From Bacteroidales bacterium (lineage in GTDB: Bacteria > Bacteroidota > Bacteroidia > Bacteroidales > PXBB01), in the NCBI GenBank assembly GCA_003565735.1, contig PXBB01000002.1, forward strand, positions 4,477 through 68,476: 64,000 nucleotides of DNA, given 5' to 3'. Under the pieces are notes generated by a model that did not search any database, was not told the origin of the DNA, and saw only the letters and a list, made by a program, of their open reading frames with translations. Below are positions 61,221 to 64,000 of the stretch, piece by piece. Both the position numbers and the translations under genes were made by a program. Every line of letters starts with the position of its first letter. Position 1 is the stretch's first letter.

Positions 61221-63899
61221 CTATTTCCCAAATTCTGTTACTAATTTTTTAAAAGTCATGTTTATGTCTGTCTTGTTGTGCGGAATTAATGCGTATTTCC
61301 ATGCTTTTTCATTTCTCGCTTTGTTTATCTCTGTTGCGTTTTTGCAATAATTTATAGCCGCTTCTTCTTTCATCTTAACAATCTTGTCGTCAAGTTCGTT
61401 ATCCGCTTTAATTTCTATCAAATAAATTGTGTCTGTTGATTCTGCGACAAAATCTGGCACATATCTCACAGAGTTATTGTTGTACCAGATATTGAATTGC
61501 TTTGATGCCGGCCTTAGCCATTTTATTACATCATCTGAATTTTCAATAATTTCAGCGAATCGTTTTTCAGGAATTGAATCAAACTTGTATTTGTCGTGGC
61601 ATGATTTAGCAAAACCACTAAAAACTTTTGATAAAAGCAGTTTTGCACTTACTGTTTCTCTGAAATTTAAAATTTCATCGTCTTTTTCCTTTGAATAATT
61701 CCAAGGCAGAATCAAAGAGTAAGGTTCGGCTTCGGGTTTTGATTGAGCAACAATTTCAATAGTGATATTTTCTTTTACTTGCTCATAGATTTTATTTGCA
61801 ATCAATTCACGATACATTAAAATGGTGTCACCCAAAGTTTCTGGCTTTTTCAAAGAATCTTTTATTGCATTTACAGCCTGTACACAAAGTTTATACAACA
61901 CATCGGAATTGTTGTCATAGTCAATCTCTGATTTTTTCTTTAACAACTCCAGAATGCTGAATTCCGGCACGTCAAGTGTTTGTGCCCGAATTTTTATTTT
62001 GTCTTGTTTGTGGTCGTAGATTGTTTCTCTGATTAACTCAAACTCTTGCTGTAGAATGTTTTCGGAAAACGATTTTGTGTTTAAATCAAAATCATTTATT
62101 ATTCCTTTATTTTCTGAAATAGACACCTTAATATTGGGAATCAAAATATTATTTTCTTCAATTTTCTTAACGACTGTTTTGTATTCGATTTTTGCTTCTT
62201 CAATTACTTCTTTTTGCTCCTTTTCAGGCATTTCAGGACAAGTGGTTTTAATGCTTTCTTTTATTTCCTCAAAAACTTTTTCTTGCACCTTCGGAGTTGA
62301 TAATTCATTAGGTGTTTGAATTACTTTTTGGGAAATTTTATTTCTTATTACAGCATTGATAACAACTTTAGCTTTATGCTTTGTTTCGGCTTTTGCCCTG
62401 ATGTCCTTGTCTTTTATTTGTGTAATTTTCTTTTCTTCTTCTTCCAATTCAACAACATCCTTGGTTTTTGATTCAATAGATATTTTTTTCGAGTTTAAAT
62501 CGGATTTGTTCAGTTGGATTTTTCCAATTGAATAAAGAATTGAACTTTTATCTTTTGCAGCATCAACAACCTCTTGAAATTTGTCGTGCATCATAATTGA
62601 AAGCATATCCACTTTTTCGACGCCTGTTCTTTTTCCACCAAAAGGTAAACGTAAACCTCTGCCAATGGTTTGCTCAATCAATGTTAAAGCATTTGCAGCC
62701 CTTAGTGGCACTATTGTATAAAGGTTTGAAACATCCCATCCTTCTTTGAGCATATCAACATGGATGACAATATCTATAGAATTGGTAGTTTTTTCAAGCG
62801 TTAGCAATTGTTCTACTTGTGCGTCTGTTTTACTCGTTGAATCTATCTGCAAAGTTTTTTCTTTAAATTCACCATCATAAAATTCATCAGAAGTAACATA
62901 GTCAAATATTAATTTTGCATGAGTAGTGTCTTTGCAAGAAACTAATATGGTAGGTTTTACAGGGTTCAGATTATTGTCTGCAACATAATTTTCAATGGCT
63001 ATTTTTGTATCTCTGTGCATTTGAATAGCATCTTTCAGTTTCAGCTTTTCGATTTCGTCAGCTTTCATACCTTTAAAATCGGTATCTGCACGTGTTACAA
63101 CAGCAGGATTTTTTATGTATTTGCCATCTTTTAAAGCGTCAGCCAAACCGTATTCAAAAACAACATTTTTAAAACGCTGATTTGTACTTGCATCTATGGG
63201 CGTTGCAGTTAATTCAATGCCAAGCAGTGGATTGAGTTCGTTAAGCGTTTCCATGCCTCTCTCACCACGATAGCGATGCGATTCGTCCATGATAATTACA
63301 AGGTCTTCAAGATTCATTAAGTAATTATAATAACTGTCGCCTATTGTTTCTCTAAAGCGTTTTATTCGCGGGGGTAATGTTCTGCCGTCTTTTTTTGTTG
63401 TTTTTACATCAGCGTTTATTTTACCAATATTGAACATGTTGATTTGTATAGAATCTTCTGAGGCTTTTATGCCCTTTGTTTCGTAGTCCTCGCCCGTAAT
63501 AATCTCTGCGTTGTTTGAAATATCTGTAAGACCTTTAAAAACATACTTTTCTGCTCCTTTATTTCCAAAGTCATCTTTGAGTTTATTGTAAATAGTAATG
63601 TTTGGCGATAAAATGAAAAAGTTCTTGATACCTTTTTCTTTTACCAAATATGTTACAAAAGCTCCCATGAGTCTCGTCTTGCCAATACCTGTTGCAATCG
63701 AAAAACAAACCGAAGGGAAAGCACGTTCAAATTCTTCAAATAATGAGCAATCCTTTTTTATTGTTTCTATTTTCTTTTCTGTATTTGAATTTCCAATAAG
63801 GTCGGCTTGTGTGATGAGTGAATCAAATAATTCAAGAGATTGTTTAAGGGGTTCTCTTAAACTCATGGCATTACTGATATAGTCCGTTGTTTTGCCCAT
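61221..63899 (-). CDS. res: Type III restriction-modification Res subunit (DExH helicase plus PD-(D/E)xK nuclease)
   Basis: MSLR.P, FSIATGIGKT, MDESHRYR, LTATP, MLKEGWDV.NLY, EQTIGRGLRLPFG; C-terminal YVPDFVAE...IEIKA. Confidence 0.88.
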   Translation of the reverse strand: MGKTTDYISNAMSLREPLKQSLELFDSLITQADLIGNSNTEKKIETIKKDCSLFEEFERAFPSVCFSIATGIGKTRLMGAFVTYLVKEKGIKNFFILSPNITIYNKLKDDFGNKGAEKYVFKGLTDISNNAEIITGEDYETKGIKASEDSIQINMFNIGKINADVKTTKKDGRTLPPRIKRFRETIGDSYYNYLMNLEDLVIIMDESHRYRGERGMETLNELNPLLGIELTATPIDASTNQRFKNVVFEYGLADALKDGKYIKNPAVVTRADTDFKGMKADEIEKLKLKDAIQMHRDTKIAIENYVADNNLNPVKPTILVSCKDTTHAKLIFDYVTSDEFYDGEFKEKTLQIDSTSKTDAQVEQLLTLEKTTNSIDIVIHVDMLKEGWDVSNLYTIVPLRAANALTLIEQTIGRGLRLPFGGKRTGVEKVDMLSIMMHDKFQEVVDAAKDKSSILYSIGKIQLNKSDLNSKKISIESKTKDVVELEEEEKKITQIKDKDIRAKAETKHKAKVVINAVIRNKISQKVIQTPNELSTPKVQEKVFEEIKESIKTTCPEMPEKEQKEVIEEAKIEYKTVVKKIEENNILIPNIKVSISENKGIINDFDLNTKSFSENILQQEFELIRETIYDHKQDKIKIRAQTLDVPEFSILELLKKKSEIDYDNNSDVLYKLCVQAVNAIKDSLKKPETLGDTILMYRELIANKIYEQVKENITIEIVAQSKPEAEPYSLILPWNYSKEKDDEILNFRETVSAKLLLSKVFSGFAKSCHDKYKFDSIPEKRFAEIIENSDDVIKWLRPASKQFNIWYNNNSVRYVPDFVAESTDTIYLIEIKADNELDDKIVKMKEEAAINYCKNATEINKARNEKAWKYALIPHNKTDINMTFKKLVTEFGK

Positions 63900-63900
63900 A

Positions 63901-64000
63901 CTATTTTTCTAATTTTTTATTTGTCTTCGAAGGTGGTAGAAAATTCTCTCCGGTTACAACACTTTTTCCAGTTTTCGCGTGCCCTGTCCAAACTTATTTC
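63901..64000 (-). pseudogene. 3' remnant of a BRO-family-like gene with apparent internal deletion and frameshift
   Basis: One frame reads EISLDRARENWKK (stop at 63917). Another reads KTGKSVVTGENFLPP...K* (stop at 63901, 1 nt before the res ATG) but has an in-frame TAA upstream. Only 100 nt are visible. Confidence 0.5.

Noticed and set aside
63976-64000. Possible IS terminal inverted repeat at the window end
   Set aside because: Better explained as coding sequence (EISLDRAR); no partner repeat or transposase is visible

Overview
AT-rich chromosomal segment of a Bacteroidota bacterium, most likely an anaerobic, proteolytic Bacteroidales. The assignment rests on T9SS cargo with type A and B C-terminal domains, PorP/SprF, GldFG, TAnnTTTG promoters and A-rich start contexts without Shine-Dalgarno sites. 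Housekeeping genes: secG, groES-groEL, parE, manA, rnpB, gdhA, bioB-bioF, pyrB-pyrI and a 2x[4Fe-4S] ferredoxin missing from the ORF track. Envelope and secretion loci: a DUF11 adhesin-PorP/SprF-PorE-like triad, a LolA-like/ABC/outer-membrane operon, and an S8 protease and adhesin with T9SS tails. The window ends in a probable defence island with a type III restriction Res subunit preceded by a frameshifted BRO-like remnant. Best candidates for new biology: (1) two tandem ~1000-1170 aa proteins fusing receiver-like domains to a PEP-synthase-type ATP-grasp/His module with no PEP/pyruvate barrel, divergent from gdhA; (2) an arginine-synthetase/cDPGS-family NTPase next to pyrBI; (3) a GroEL with a ~31 aa insertion at the lower hinge, behind a sigma54-type promoter; (4) a LolA-like export operon with apparent TetR- and LytTR-type sites but no local regulator. 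No tRNA, rRNA, CRISPR array or transposase was recognised. All family calls come from motif recognition, not database searches.
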